DNA of 55,377 nucleotides from Candidatus Caccousia avistercoris. Its GTDB lineage: Bacteria; Bacillota; Clostridia; Oscillospirales; Acutalibacteraceae. The position numbers and the translations under genes are program-made. Positions 46,673 to 55,377 of this stretch are shown here, piece after piece. The notes beneath the pieces are model-generated. The model was not told where the DNA came from and searched no databases. It worked only from the letters and a program-made list of their open reading frames with translations. Position 1 is the first letter of the stretch, and the number at the start of each line of letters is the position of its first letter. The stretch is taken from contig DVMK01000134.1 of NCBI GenBank assembly GCA_018715025.1, positions 1 through 55,377 on the forward strand. Direction: 5' to 3'.

Positions 46673-46979
46673 TGCGGCGAAAAAATTTTTTCGCATGACT
46701 GCGGGGCGAAAGGCGCTCTCACCCCGCCTTTTTCAGGAAAAGATGGATAAATTTGGAAAATCGTTCCTCTTCCCTGGAATCACGGGGATCATATTATGTA
46801 TTATCACCAAAATATCAGGGTATATTTTTTCAAAAAAAAGAAAATCCATCACCGATTCTTCACATTTTCATGATAGAATGATAAGGAAGAGAATTTTTGG
46901 GATGGTGTTCCCGGTTTTATGAATAAGCGCGGGAGCTCCCCGGCGTTCAAGCATTATGTGAATATTGGAGGAAATTTTC

Positions 46980-47405
46980 ATGAAAGCGAAGTCTCTGCAT
47001 TTTTCCAAAAGCGGTTCCGTACAGCCCATTGCTTCTGAGCTGGGCCGCGTGTACCAGTGCGTGTGCGACCAAATCCCCCCCGCCTACCCCTGCGAGGGCG
47101 AAAAGGTTGTGTTTGTGGGCGTTGAAATGAACGGCAAGCTGCCCGGCCCGGTGGATCATTTCTGCAAGGATTTGACCCCCGCCCGCGCGCAGAACGTCGC
47201 TTTTTATGTTCTGAACGGAAGCGGCAACACCTCCGGCCTGGACGACATCACAAAGGCTCTGGAGGGCAAGGGCGTGCATGTGGTGCCCGACGTGAAGGCC
47301 GTAACGGTAAAGAGTTCCCTCTTTAAAAAGGGACGCCCCACCGACGCCGATGTGAAGGCCGTTGTGGACTGGGCCCAGAAGGTCATTGACAAGGATTTGA
47401 AATAA
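46980..47405 (+). CDS. hypothetical protein with probable flavodoxin-like fold (141 aa)
   Basis: GGAGG RBS; FSKSGS..IA..L, VFVG, VAFY, G.P..AD.....WA pattern; own terminator. Confidence 0.65.
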   Translation: MKAKSLHFSKSGSVQPIASELGRVYQCVCDQIPPAYPCEGEKVVFVGVEMNGKLPGPVDHFCKDLTPARAQNVAFYVLNGSGNTSGLDDITKALEGKGVHVVPDVKAVTVKSSLFKKGRPTDADVKAVVDWAQKVIDKDLK

Positions 47406-47429
47406 ATCCGCCGCGCTTTCAAAAAAGAC

Positions 47430-47471
47430 AAGAGCAGCCTGACAGGCGACGGGCCTGTCAGGCTGTTTTCT
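47430..47471. terminator. intrinsic terminator
   Basis: AGCAGCCTGACAGGC-GACGG-GCCTGTCAGGCTGTTTT. Confidence 0.8.
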
Positions 47472-47547
47472 GTCTGGGGAAACTAGGCGGTTATCAGGAA
47501 GCTGGCGGGGCGCTTTGGGCGCGGTTCCTCACGGCGGAAAGCTGCCC

Positions 47548-48279
47548 TCACCCAACCGGCGCGCAGTGGACGCTGCCCACCTCCCTCGCTTCCAGAAAGA
47601 AACGGAGCTCTTCCAGGGCCAGCTCATGGGGAGAACGGACGGTAAGGTCGTAATCTGCCCCGCCGTTTTCCAAGCGGGATATTTTGCTTTCCACCACCTG
47701 AACCCTCTGCTTTTTCAAATATTGGGCAAGCTTCTCCTGGAACCCCTCTTCCGCTTCCACAGTTACGGTGAACTGCAGGCGGCTTGTCACCAGCGCGTCC
47801 GCCCCTACGGGGAAACGGTGCATCAGAAGCTGCAGCAGAATAACGGTGAGCACCGTAAAAATCCCAACCACATACATCCCGGCCCCAATGGCCAGCCCTA
47901 TGCCCGCCGTGGCCCAAATGCCCGCCGCCGTGGTAAGCCCCTTGACAGCCCCGCCGTTTTTGAAGATGATTCCCGCGCCCAGGAAGCTGATGCCGCTGAC
48001 CACCTGGGCCGCCACCCGGGCCGGGTCGGCCCCCCTGGTGCCGGAAAACACCTGGCCTGCGGCAGAGGTAAGGTCCGCGAAGCCGTATTTTGACACAATC
48101 ATCAAAAGCGCGGCGGCGCAGCACACAATCACATGGGTGCGGATTCCCGCTTCCTTCAGCCGTTTGCTCCGCTCCAGCCCAATGCAGCCGCCGCACAGGC
48201 AGGCCGTCAGGATGCGAAGGAAGAAGTCCAGCTCCTGCATGGCGGAAAACTGGCTGTTCAGGTACTCTGCCAGCGTCAC
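47548..48279 (-). CDS. MgtC/SapB family membrane protein
   Basis: IGLER..R.KEAGIRTH, DPARVAAQVVSGISFLGAG, GLTTAAGIW; GTG start. Confidence 0.92.
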   Translation of the reverse strand: MTLAEYLNSQFSAMQELDFFLRILTACLCGGCIGLERSKRLKEAGIRTHVIVCCAAALLMIVSKYGFADLTSAAGQVFSGTRGADPARVAAQVVSGISFLGAGIIFKNGGAVKGLTTAAGIWATAGIGLAIGAGMYVVGIFTVLTVILLQLLMHRFPVGADALVTSRLQFTVTVEAEEGFQEKLAQYLKKQRVQVVESKISRLENGGADYDLTVRSPHELALEELRFFLEAREVGSVHCAPVG

Positions 48280-48443
48280 GGCTCTGCGCCCCCTTCCCCC
48301 TCCGCCGCCTGCTGTACCGGCTCAGGTTCCGTCTCCTTCTGCCAAAACGGCGGATCCTCCGGCACCGGGCGCCGCCGGAAAAGCCGTAGCGCCTGCTGCA
48401 TGGCAAGGGAATCGTACCGGCCTGTATCCCTTCTCCACTCCAT
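48276..48443 (-). CDS. unannotated 55-aa Pro/Glu-rich ORF translationally coupled to mgtC-like gene
   Basis: GGAAAGGGAGG RBS, ATG 48443, MEWRRDTGRYDSLAMQQALRLFRRRPVPEDPPFWQKETEPEPVQQAAEGEGGAEP, TGA overlaps mgtC GTG (GTGA). Confidence 0.65.
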   Translation of the reverse strand: MEWRRDTGRYDSLAMQQALRLFRRRPVPEDPPFWQKETEPEPVQQAAEGEGGAEP

Positions 48444-48505
48444 TGCAATCCTCCCTTTCCTATTTAAATGATTCCCCCATTATAGCGGGTTTGTGATATA
48501 ATGTA

Positions 48506-48543
48506 AAATAAAGATTTTATTTCTACTGATAATTTTTTATTAT
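48506..48543. promoter_or_regulatory. candidate LysR binding sites
   Basis: ATAAT-N5-ATTAT (T-N11-A, 48529-48543) and AAATAAA-GAT-TTTATTT (48506-48522) in divergent intergenic region. Confidence 0.45.
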
Positions 48544-48553
48544 GGAGGCGCTT

Positions 48554-49456
48554 ATGCTGGACACAAAGCTGTATTCCCTGCTGAAGGTGTACGAGTGCGG
48601 CAGCTTCGGCGCGGCGGCCAAAAAGCTTTCGATTACGCAGCCCGCCGTCAGCCACCACATCAAGGCTCTGGAGGAGGAGCTGGGCGTATGCCTCTTCGAC
48701 CGCCAAAGCGGCGGTATTATCGTCACCAGGGAGGGGGAGGCGGTCATTAAATGCGCCAAAAAAATGCTGGGCCTGTACAACGGCCTGCGGCAGGATCTGC
48801 AGGACGGCCGCAGTTTGGTTTCTCACCTTACGGTGGGGGTGACCCACACGGCGGAAAGCAACCCCATTGCGGAGGCGCTGGCCATGTACTGCGACCAGAA
48901 CGACGACGTTACCATTAAAATAATTACTGGATCCATTAAAAATCTTTATAATAAGCTGAAATCCTATGAGGTGGATTTGGCCGTTGTGGAGGGAAGAATC
49001 CCGGATCCGGGCATCCACTACCTCCCCTTGGGGACAGATTCGCTGGTGCTGGCCGTTTCCGCCCGGCATCCCTTTGCAGGGCGGAACATGGTCACGCTGA
49101 ACGAGCTAAAGCGGGAACGGATGATCCTGCGGCTGCCGAATTCCGGCACGCGGAACCTGTTCACCGCAAATTTGGAAAGCAATAACCTGAGCATTTACGA
49201 TTTCAACGTGGTGCTGGAGCTGGACAACATCGCCACCATCAAGGAGCTCATCCGCCAGGGCTTCGGGGTTTCCATCCTGCCGAAAAGCGTTTGCCTGAAC
49301 GAGCTGAAAACCGGCGAAATCGCCGTTCTGCCCGTGGAAAACCTTTCCATGATGCGGGAGATCAACCTGGCTTACCAGAAGGAGTTTTCCCAGGTGGATG
49401 TGCTGCGGGGCATTGCAGACTGCTACCACGACGCGCTCCGCTCCTACTTTAAATAG
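48554..49456 (+). CDS. LysR-family transcriptional regulator
   Basis: GSF.AAAKKLSITQPAVSHHIKALEEELG..LF.R HTH and substrate-binding domain; GGAGG before ATG 48554. Confidence 0.93.
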   Translation: MLDTKLYSLLKVYECGSFGAAAKKLSITQPAVSHHIKALEEELGVCLFDRQSGGIIVTREGEAVIKCAKKMLGLYNGLRQDLQDGRSLVSHLTVGVTHTAESNPIAEALAMYCDQNDDVTIKIITGSIKNLYNKLKSYEVDLAVVEGRIPDPGIHYLPLGTDSLVLAVSARHPFAGRNMVTLNELKRERMILRLPNSGTRNLFTANLESNNLSIYDFNVVLELDNIATIKELIRQGFGVSILPKSVCLNELKTGEIAVLPVENLSMMREINLAYQKEFSQVDVLRGIADCYHDALRSYFK

Positions 49457-49529
49457 CCGCCGGCGCCCGTTTCCTGCCCGCCGCAAAAACAGGGGCGGCA
49501 ATTTTCTGCCCCGGCGGGGCGCGGCGGTA

Positions 49530-49558
49530 ATGACAGGCCACAGAAGGTGTGATATAAT
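49530..49558 (+). promoter_or_regulatory. sigma-A promoter upstream of polA
   Basis: ATGACA-17 nt-TATAAT with TG extension. Confidence 0.7.
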
Positions 49559-49681
49559 AGCCGCAGAAGACTGCGCCGCGGGTCAAAATTCCCCGCCGGA
49601 GGCGCTGAGGAACTTGCCAGAACCGCGGCAAAAACGCGGGCCTTCCGCCTGCGTTCCCCGCCCAGCCCTGGGCCGCGGGAT

Positions 49682-49784
49682 GCGGCCGGAGCGCGGCTTC
49701 CCCGCCGGAGGCGCGCGGCCGGAGCGCGGCTTCCCCACCGGAGGCGCGCGGCCGGTGCGCGGCTTCCCCGCCGGAGGCGCGCGG
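49682..49784 (+). repeat. 33-bp tandem repeat, 3.1 copies
   Basis: GCGGCCGGAGCGCGGCTTCCCCGCCGGAGGCGC at 49682, 49715, 49748 (one mismatch each in copies 2 and 3); 17-bp partial copy at 49589-49605. Confidence 0.92.
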
Positions 49785-49877
49785 GAGGGCAAAAGAGCGT
49801 TTTCATCCCCTTTATATAGAGTGCGGCGGCTGAAGCAGCGCCTCAGCCTGCCCGGAAGGAAATGGAGAGAAGGATTC

Positions 49878-52436
49878 ATGAAGCTTTTGGTATTGGACGG
49901 AAACAGTATATTGAACCGGGCGTTTTACGGAATACGCCTGCTCACCACCAAGGAGGGGCTGTACACCAACGGGATTTACGGCTTCCTCACCATGCTGCAG
50001 CGGCTGAAGGGCGAGGCTTCGCCGGATGCGGTGGCCATCGCCTTCGACCGGAAGGCCCCCACCTTCCGCCACAAGGCCTACGCCGGGTACAAGGCCCAGC
50101 GGAAGGGCATGCCGGAGGAGCTGGCCCAGCAGCTTCCCTATTTAAAGGAGCTGCTGCAGCTGCTGGGCTACCGGCTGGTGGAGTGCGACGGCTTTGAGGC
50201 CGACGATATTCTGGGCACCTTCGCCCGGGTCTGCCGGGAAGAGGGAAGCGAGTGCGTCATCGCCACCGGCGACCGGGACAGCCTGCAGCTGGTGGGCGGG
50301 GGCGTCACCGTGCGCCTGGCCACCACCAAGATGGGGCAGCCCCAGGTGACGGTGTACGACGAGGCGAAAATCCGGGAGGATTACGGCGTGGAGCCGGCCC
50401 AGCTCATCGATATCAAGGCCATCCAGGGCGATTCCTCCGACAATATCCCCGGCGTGGCGGGCATTGGCCCCAAGGGCGCGGGGGAGCTGATTCAGAAATA
50501 CCATGATTTGGATTATATCTACGAACACCTGGACGAGCTGGAAATCAAGGAAGGGCAGCGGAAGAAGCTGGCCGCCGGGAAAGAGAGCGCATACCTGAGC
50601 CGCTGGCTGGGCACCATACGCACCGACGCCCCGGTGAACACCAGCCTTTCCGACTATGTGCCCGCCCCCACCGACCCGGCCGCCGGGCGCCTGATGGCGA
50701 GGCTGGAATTCTTCTCGCTGATGGAAAAAATGGGCATCGCCCCCCAGGAGGCCCCCGCGGAGGACGCCGCCCCCGCCGCCCGGTGGGAGGTGCTGCCCGC
50801 GCCGGAAAATCCCCTGCCCCTGCTGCAAAAGGAGGGGAAAACCGCCCTGGCCCCCCAGTACGGGGAGTGCGGCCTGGAGGGCGTGTGCCTGACCTGCGGC
50901 AGAAAGGTGCTCCGCCTGGAAGATTTGGAGGCGGGGAAGGCCGTCTGCGGGGAAGAAGGCCTGAAAAAGATTGTGCACAACAGCAAGCCCCTGTACGCCG
51001 CCCTGGACAGCTGCGGCGGCAGGCTGGCCGGGCCGGTGTTTGACTGCGTGCTGGCCGCTTACCTGCTGAACCCCTCCGCCAAGGGCTACGAGCCGGATCG
51101 GCTGGCCCAGGAGTACGCCGTCCCCCTGCCGGAGCTGGAAGAGCCGCTTGCCCGGGAATGCGCCCTGCTGCCCGCCCTGGCGGAAAAGCTGGAACAGGAG
51201 ATTCAGGAAAAAGGGCAGGAAAAGCTTCTGCAGGCCATTGAAATCCCGCTGGCCCAGGTGCTGGCCCACATGGAGGAGGAGGGCTTCGCCGTGGACCAGG
51301 AGGGGATCCGCCGGTACGGGGAAGGGCTGGAGCAGGAGATCGAAAAGCTTCAGCGGGAAATTTACGAATCGGTGGGCTATGAATTCAACATCAACTCCCC
51401 CAAACAGCTGGGGGACGCCCTGTTTGTGAAGCTGGGCCTGGCCCACGGGAAAAAGACGAAAACAGGCTACTCCACCAACGCAGAGGTGCTGGAAAGCCTG
51501 CGGTACGAGCACCCGGCGGTAGAACAGGTGCTCAGCTACCGCACCCTGGCCAAGCTGAAGTCCACCTACTGCGACGGCCTGCTGAAGGTGGTGGGGGCCG
51601 ACGGCCGCATCCACTCCAGCTTCAACCAGACAGAAACCCGCACCGGGCGCATCAGCTCCACCGAGCCGAACCTGCAGAACATCCCGGTGCGCACAGAGCT
51701 GGGCCGGGAAATGCGCCGCTTTTTCACCGCCCGCCCCGGCTGGGTGCTGGTGGACGCGGACTACTCCCAGATCGAGCTGCGGGTGCTGGCCCATGTGGCC
51801 AACGATCCAAGCATGATCCAGGCCTTCCTGGACAACGACGACATCCACCGGCGCACCGCCTCCCAGGTGTTCCACATTCCGGAGGAAATGGTGACGCCCC
51901 TCATGCGCAGCCGGGCCAAGGCGGTAAACTTCGGCATTGTATACGGCATCGGCGCGTTCTCCCTCAGCAAGGACATCGGCGTTACCCGCAAAGAGGCCGA
52001 GCAGTATATCAAAGACTATTTCGCCCATTTCAGCGGCGTGGAGGAGTACATGCGCCGCACGGTGGAAACCGCTCGGGAGCTGGGCTATGCGGAAACCATC
52101 TTCGGCCGCCGCCGCTACCTGCCTGAACTGGCTTCCAGCAATTTCAACATGCGCTCTTTCGGGGAGCGGGTGGCCCGGAATATGCCCATCCAGGGCGCGG
52201 CCGCCGACATCATCAAAATCGCCATGATCCGGGTGGACGAACGCCTGCGGCGGGAGGGTTTCCAGGCCCGGCTCATCCTTCAGGTACACGACGAGCTGAT
52301 TGTGGAAGCCCCCGAGGAGGAAGCGGAGCGGGTGGCCGCCCTGCTGACGGAAGAGATGCAGGGCGCGGCAAAGCTGTCCGTCCCCCTGGTGGCAGAGGCA
52401 AAAACAGGGAAAACCTGGTACGAGGCCAAGGCATGA
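49878..52436 (+). CDS. polA: DNA polymerase I
   Basis: LDGNS..RAFY, EADD, TGDRD, GDSSDNIPGV.GIG.K, TGRISS..PNLQNIP, DYSQIELR, R..AK..NFG..YG, LQVHDE. Confidence 0.97.
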   Translation: MKLLVLDGNSILNRAFYGIRLLTTKEGLYTNGIYGFLTMLQRLKGEASPDAVAIAFDRKAPTFRHKAYAGYKAQRKGMPEELAQQLPYLKELLQLLGYRLVECDGFEADDILGTFARVCREEGSECVIATGDRDSLQLVGGGVTVRLATTKMGQPQVTVYDEAKIREDYGVEPAQLIDIKAIQGDSSDNIPGVAGIGPKGAGELIQKYHDLDYIYEHLDELEIKEGQRKKLAAGKESAYLSRWLGTIRTDAPVNTSLSDYVPAPTDPAAGRLMARLEFFSLMEKMGIAPQEAPAEDAAPAARWEVLPAPENPLPLLQKEGKTALAPQYGECGLEGVCLTCGRKVLRLEDLEAGKAVCGEEGLKKIVHNSKPLYAALDSCGGRLAGPVFDCVLAAYLLNPSAKGYEPDRLAQEYAVPLPELEEPLARECALLPALAEKLEQEIQEKGQEKLLQAIEIPLAQVLAHMEEEGFAVDQEGIRRYGEGLEQEIEKLQREIYESVGYEFNINSPKQLGDALFVKLGLAHGKKTKTGYSTNAEVLESLRYEHPAVEQVLSYRTLAKLKSTYCDGLLKVVGADGRIHSSFNQTETRTGRISSTEPNLQNIPVRTELGREMRRFFTARPGWVLVDADYSQIELRVLAHVANDPSMIQAFLDNDDIHRRTASQVFHIPEEMVTPLMRSRAKAVNFGIVYGIGAFSLSKDIGVTRKEAEQYIKDYFAHFSGVEEYMRRTVETARELGYAETIFGRRRYLPELASSNFNMRSFGERVARNMPIQGAAADIIKIAMIRVDERLRREGFQARLILQVHDELIVEAPEEEAERVAALLTEEMQGAAKLSVPLVAEAKTGKTWYEAKA

Positions 52437-53272
52437 GCGGCTTTTTCACCTGCCCCGTGTGCGGGGCCCCGCTGCTCTGGGGGGAACGGGCCTGCCGCTG
52501 CCCGGCGGGGCATTCCTACGATCTGGCCGCCGAGGGGTACGTTTACCTGCTTCCCCCCAATAAAAAGCACTCCAAGGCGCCGGGGGACGACAAGGGGATG
52601 GTGGCCGCCCGCCGCGCCTTCCTGGAATCCGGCGGGTACGACCTTTTTCGGGAAAAGCTGTGCAGCCTGGCAGCCGGACTGCTGAACGGCCTGCCCGCCC
52701 CCGTGGTGCTGGACGTGGGCTGCGGGGAAGGCTGGTACACCGGCGGGCTGTGCCGGGCCCTGGCCGCCGCAGGCTGCCAGCCCCAGGTGTACGGGGTGGA
52801 CGTGAGCAAGTTTGCCGTGAAGGCTGCGGCCAAAAAATACAGGGAAGCGCGCTTCGCCGTGGCAAGCGCCTTCTCCCTCCCCGCCGCCGCGTCCTCTGTG
52901 GATCTGGCGGTAAACGTGTTCGCCCCCATTGTGCCCCAAGAGCTGGAACGGGTGGTGCGCCCCGGGGGATTCCTCCTGCTGGCCGTGCCCACCCCGCGCC
53001 ACCTGTACGGCATGAAACAGCTTTTGTATGAAGAGCCCTACGAAAACGAACGCCGCGACACAGACTACCCCGGCTTCCGCCTGCTCCGCCGGGAAACGGA
53101 GGAAGGCCGGCTGGCCCTCGCTTCCCCCGCCCTGGTGCAGGCCCTGTTCACCATGACGCCCTATTTCTGGAAAACGCCCCGCGCCGGCGTGGAACGGCTG
53201 CGCAGCGCCGAAGGCCTGCGCACGGAAATCGGCTTTGACTTTTTGATTTACCGAAGGGAGGAGAACGCATGA
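52433..53272 (+). CDS. RlmA-like (23S rRNA m1G745/m1G748) SAM-dependent methyltransferase
   Basis: CPVC..C..GHSYD.A..GYV Zn finger, ARR.FL..G.Y, LDVGCGEG.Y, MTPY. Confidence 0.82.
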   Translation: MSGFFTCPVCGAPLLWGERACRCPAGHSYDLAAEGYVYLLPPNKKHSKAPGDDKGMVAARRAFLESGGYDLFREKLCSLAAGLLNGLPAPVVLDVGCGEGWYTGGLCRALAAAGCQPQVYGVDVSKFAVKAAAKKYREARFAVASAFSLPAAASSVDLAVNVFAPIVPQELERVVRPGGFLLLAVPTPRHLYGMKQLLYEEPYENERRDTDYPGFRLLRRETEEGRLALASPALVQALFTMTPYFWKTPRAGVERLRSAEGLRTEIGFDFLIYRREENA

Positions 53273-54426
53273 AAGGGACCGTAAGCCCCTCAATGGATGA
53301 GGGGCTTGAGGACAGCATATTCCTGGTGCTGTGCACCGCCCTGGCCATGATGATGCGGGTGTACCTGTTTCCCATAGAATCCGGAGATTACCTTCAGTTC
53401 CTTCACCCCTGGTACGAGACGCTGAAGGAAAACGGGGGCCTGCTGGCCATTGGTATGGATGTGGGGGACTATATGCCCCCTTATTTCTACCTGCTGGCCC
53501 TTCTCACCTACCTTCCCATCCGGGACATTTTCGCCATCAAGGCCCTTTCCTCCCTGGCGGATATTGTGCTGGCCGTGTTTGCGGCCAACCTGGTGGACTT
53601 TGAGCGGAAAAGCCGCGTCAAATGGACGGCGGCTTACTGCACGGTGCTGTTTCTTCCCTCGGTGTTCCTGAACTCCGGCGTTTGGGGGCAGTGCGACGCC
53701 ATCTACGTTTCCGCCCTGCTGGCGTTTTTGTACTACGCCATGCGGGGAAGCTCCGGCAAGGCGGTGCTGGCTTATTCCATTTCCTTTGTGTTCAAGCTGC
53801 AGGCCGTATTCTTCGCCCCGCTGCTCCTGCTTCTTCTGCTGAAGCGCCGCCTGCGCTGGCGCAGCCTCTGGATCTTCCCGGCGGTATATCTGGCCGCCTG
53901 CCTGCCCGCCGCCCTGATGGGCCGCAGCCTGTGGGACCTGCTCACCGTCTATTTTTCCCAGGCGGGGCAGTACAGCATGCTGGCAATGTTCCTGCCCAAC
54001 CTGTACACCTGGCTGGGGGACAGCACCGCCGCCGAAATCAGCCGGGCCGGGGTTATGCTGGCGGGCGGCGTGGTGCTGTGCGCCGTGTTTTTCCTGTACC
54101 GGCGCGGCTTCCCCCTCTCCCCTGGCAATCTGGTGAGCACCGGGCTTTTCTTCGCCCTGCTCACCCCCTTCCTGCTGCCCCACATGCACGAGCGCTATTA
54201 CTACCTGGCCGATCTGATGAGCGTGATTTTTGCCTTTTATTATCCTCAAAAGTGGTATTTTGCCTTTGGGATCTGCACCTCCTCCGCCTACGCGGTGTGC
54301 CACAACCTGTTCGGCACCGATTTTCTGCCGGTGCAGGCTTTGGGGGTGCTGATGCTGGGCCTGCTCTGCCTGCTGGCCCGCCACCTGACCCAAACCCTGC
54401 GCCCCCGGGAGGTGAGCGTTCCGTGA
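53269..54426 (+). CDS. polytopic membrane protein, probable GT-C fold glycosyltransferase
   Basis: D...FL.PW, DY.PPY.Y, NS..WGQCD, KLQA.F..P, LP.MHERY. Confidence 0.7.
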   Translation: MKGTVSPSMDEGLEDSIFLVLCTALAMMMRVYLFPIESGDYLQFLHPWYETLKENGGLLAIGMDVGDYMPPYFYLLALLTYLPIRDIFAIKALSSLADIVLAVFAANLVDFERKSRVKWTAAYCTVLFLPSVFLNSGVWGQCDAIYVSALLAFLYYAMRGSSGKAVLAYSISFVFKLQAVFFAPLLLLLLLKRRLRWRSLWIFPAVYLAACLPAALMGRSLWDLLTVYFSQAGQYSMLAMFLPNLYTWLGDSTAAEISRAGVMLAGGVVLCAVFFLYRRGFPLSPGNLVSTGLFFALLTPFLLPHMHERYYYLADLMSVIFAFYYPQKWYFAFGICTSSAYAVCHNLFGTDFLPVQALGVLMLGLLCLLARHLTQTLRPREVSVP

Positions 54427-54863
54427 TTCGCATAACGGAAATGGAGGAGCGCCACCTGGACGCTTTGGCAGAGGTGGAGCGCGCCTGCTTCGCCCACCCC
54501 TGGAGCCGGGAGGGCCTGGCGGCGGAGCTTTCCAGCCCCACCGCCCTGTTTCTCACCGCAGAGGAGGAAACCGGGGCGGTGGCAGGGTACGTGGGTTCTC
54601 ACCTGGTGTGCGGCGAGTGCTACATTGACAATGTGGCCGTCCTGCCAGAGCAGCGCCGCCGGGGAACGGCCAGCGCCCTGCTGGAGGAGCTGATCCGCCG
54701 GGTAAAGGCCCAGGGCGGCGTCTTTCTTACCCTGGAGGTGCGGGAGAGCAACGCCCCCGCCCTGGCCCTGTACGGAAAGCTGGGGTTTGTTCCCGCCGGC
54801 CGCCGGAAGGACTTTTACACCGGCCCCAGGGAGGACGCCCTGCTGCTGACCCTGTACCTGTAA
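54423..54863 (+). CDS. rimI: ribosomal protein S18 alanine N-acetyltransferase
   Basis: E..CF..PWS, I.NVAV....RRRG, LEVRESN..A..LY.K.GF..GRRK.FY..P.EDA; GTG overlaps upstream TGA. Confidence 0.88.
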   Translation: MIRITEMEERHLDALAEVERACFAHPWSREGLAAELSSPTALFLTAEEETGAVAGYVGSHLVCGECYIDNVAVLPEQRRRGTASALLEELIRRVKAQGGVFLTLEVRESNAPALALYGKLGFVPAGRRKDFYTGPREDALLLTLYL

Positions 54864-54865
54864 CG

Positions 54866-54884
54866 CCGCAACTATTGGTTGCGG
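54866..54884. promoter_or_regulatory. palindromic operator candidate upstream of XRE gene
   Basis: CCGCAAC-TATTG-GTTGCGG. Confidence 0.5.
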
Positions 54885-55019
54885 AAAAGAAAAATTGCTG
54901 GCAGGGCCTTCTGCTTTCTGGTATTCTGAGATGGAAGCGGGAGTCCCCTCCCCCCCGAAAATACTGTCAGAAAACGATGCGGCCTTCTGCCCACAGGCTG
55001 CGAAACAGGAGGAAAGAAT

Positions 55020-55377
55020 ATGGATATTCAGACAGCAGACCGGCTGGTGCAGTTCCGCAGGGAAGCAGGCTTTTCCCAGGAAGAGCTGGCCACCCGGCTG
55101 GGGGTAAGCCGCCAGGCGGTTTCCAAATGGGAACGGGCGGAATCTTCCCCCGACACCGACAACCTTCTTGCCCTGGCCCGCCTGTACAGCGTTTCTCTGG
55201 ATGAGCTGGTAGGCCATACCCCCGCTCCCAGGCAGAGCTTGGATCCCTGCCGGGAGGAGCCGGAACCTGCCCCTCCGGCTGACATGGGAGAGGCCGCCCC
55301 CTTCCTGGTGGAGGAAGAAAGGATGGAAAAACTCATCAAATGGGTAAAGTTCCCCTACCCGGTGCTGGTTACCTTCT
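55020..55377 (+). CDS. XRE-family HTH regulator with probable C-terminal membrane part (truncated by window end)
   Basis: AGGAGG RBS; MDIQTADRLVQFRREAGFSQEELATRLGVSRQAVSKWERAESSPDTDNLLALARLYSVSLDELV...FPYPVLV; absent from ORF track because it has no stop in the window. Confidence 0.88.
   Translation, partial: MDIQTADRLVQFRREAGFSQEELATRLGVSRQAVSKWERAESSPDTDNLLALARLYSVSLDELVGHTPAPRQSLDPCREEPEPAPPADMGEAAPFLVEEERMEKLIKWVKFPYPVLVTF

Noticed and set aside
48280-48480. M-box (ykoK) riboswitch upstream of mgtC
   Set aside because: No recognisable M-box motifs or terminator; the interval is filled by a coupled 55-codon ORF
49682-49784. 33-bp repeats as a CRISPR array
   Set aside because: Units are contiguous with no spacers and no cas genes are present
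49398-49877. 160-aa N-terminal extension of PolA in the ORF track
   Set aside because: Starts inside lysR and upstream of the polA promoter, is low-complexity, and the canonical MKLLVLDGNS start has its own RBS

Overview
A ~55 kb chromosomal window from a high-GC, probably spore-forming gut Clostridium-type Firmicute (Oscillospiraceae/Acutalibacteraceae-like, judged only from gene content and promoter/RBS style). In order it contains: (1) a seven-gene myo-inositol catabolic operon iolJ-C-D-E-G-B-A on the minus strand; (2) cell-wall/spore genes (CE4 deacetylase, amidase-SH3), a strongly diverged CtpE-like P-type ATPase, an O-antigen-ligase-like protein and a nicotinamidase-like hydrolase; (3) tRNA-Ala(CGC) followed by a ~700 bp low-GC islet with three terminators and an Imm1-family immunity gene broken by one in-frame TAA and bracketed by short inverted motifs; (4) WYL regulator, Zn-ADH and a HAD-HD fusion; (5) a neighbourhood rich in D-peptide hydrolases (DmpA, DppA, a VanX/DdpX-like gene frameshifted in a C7 run, an SxxK hydrolase); (6) Mrp/NBP35, an OmpR-family two-component system, LysM-GH18 spore hydrolase and mtnN; (7) a 16-gene anaerobic cobalamin operon under a cobalamin riboswitch; (8) flavodoxin-like gene, mgtC with an unannotated translationally coupled Pro-rich 55-aa upstream ORF, LysR; (9) polA with a long leader holding a 33-bp tandem repeat, then rlmA-like, GT-C-like, rimI and a truncated XRE regulator. 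No CRISPR array, integrase, transposase or rRNA was seen. All functional calls rest on motif recognition by eye, with no database searches.
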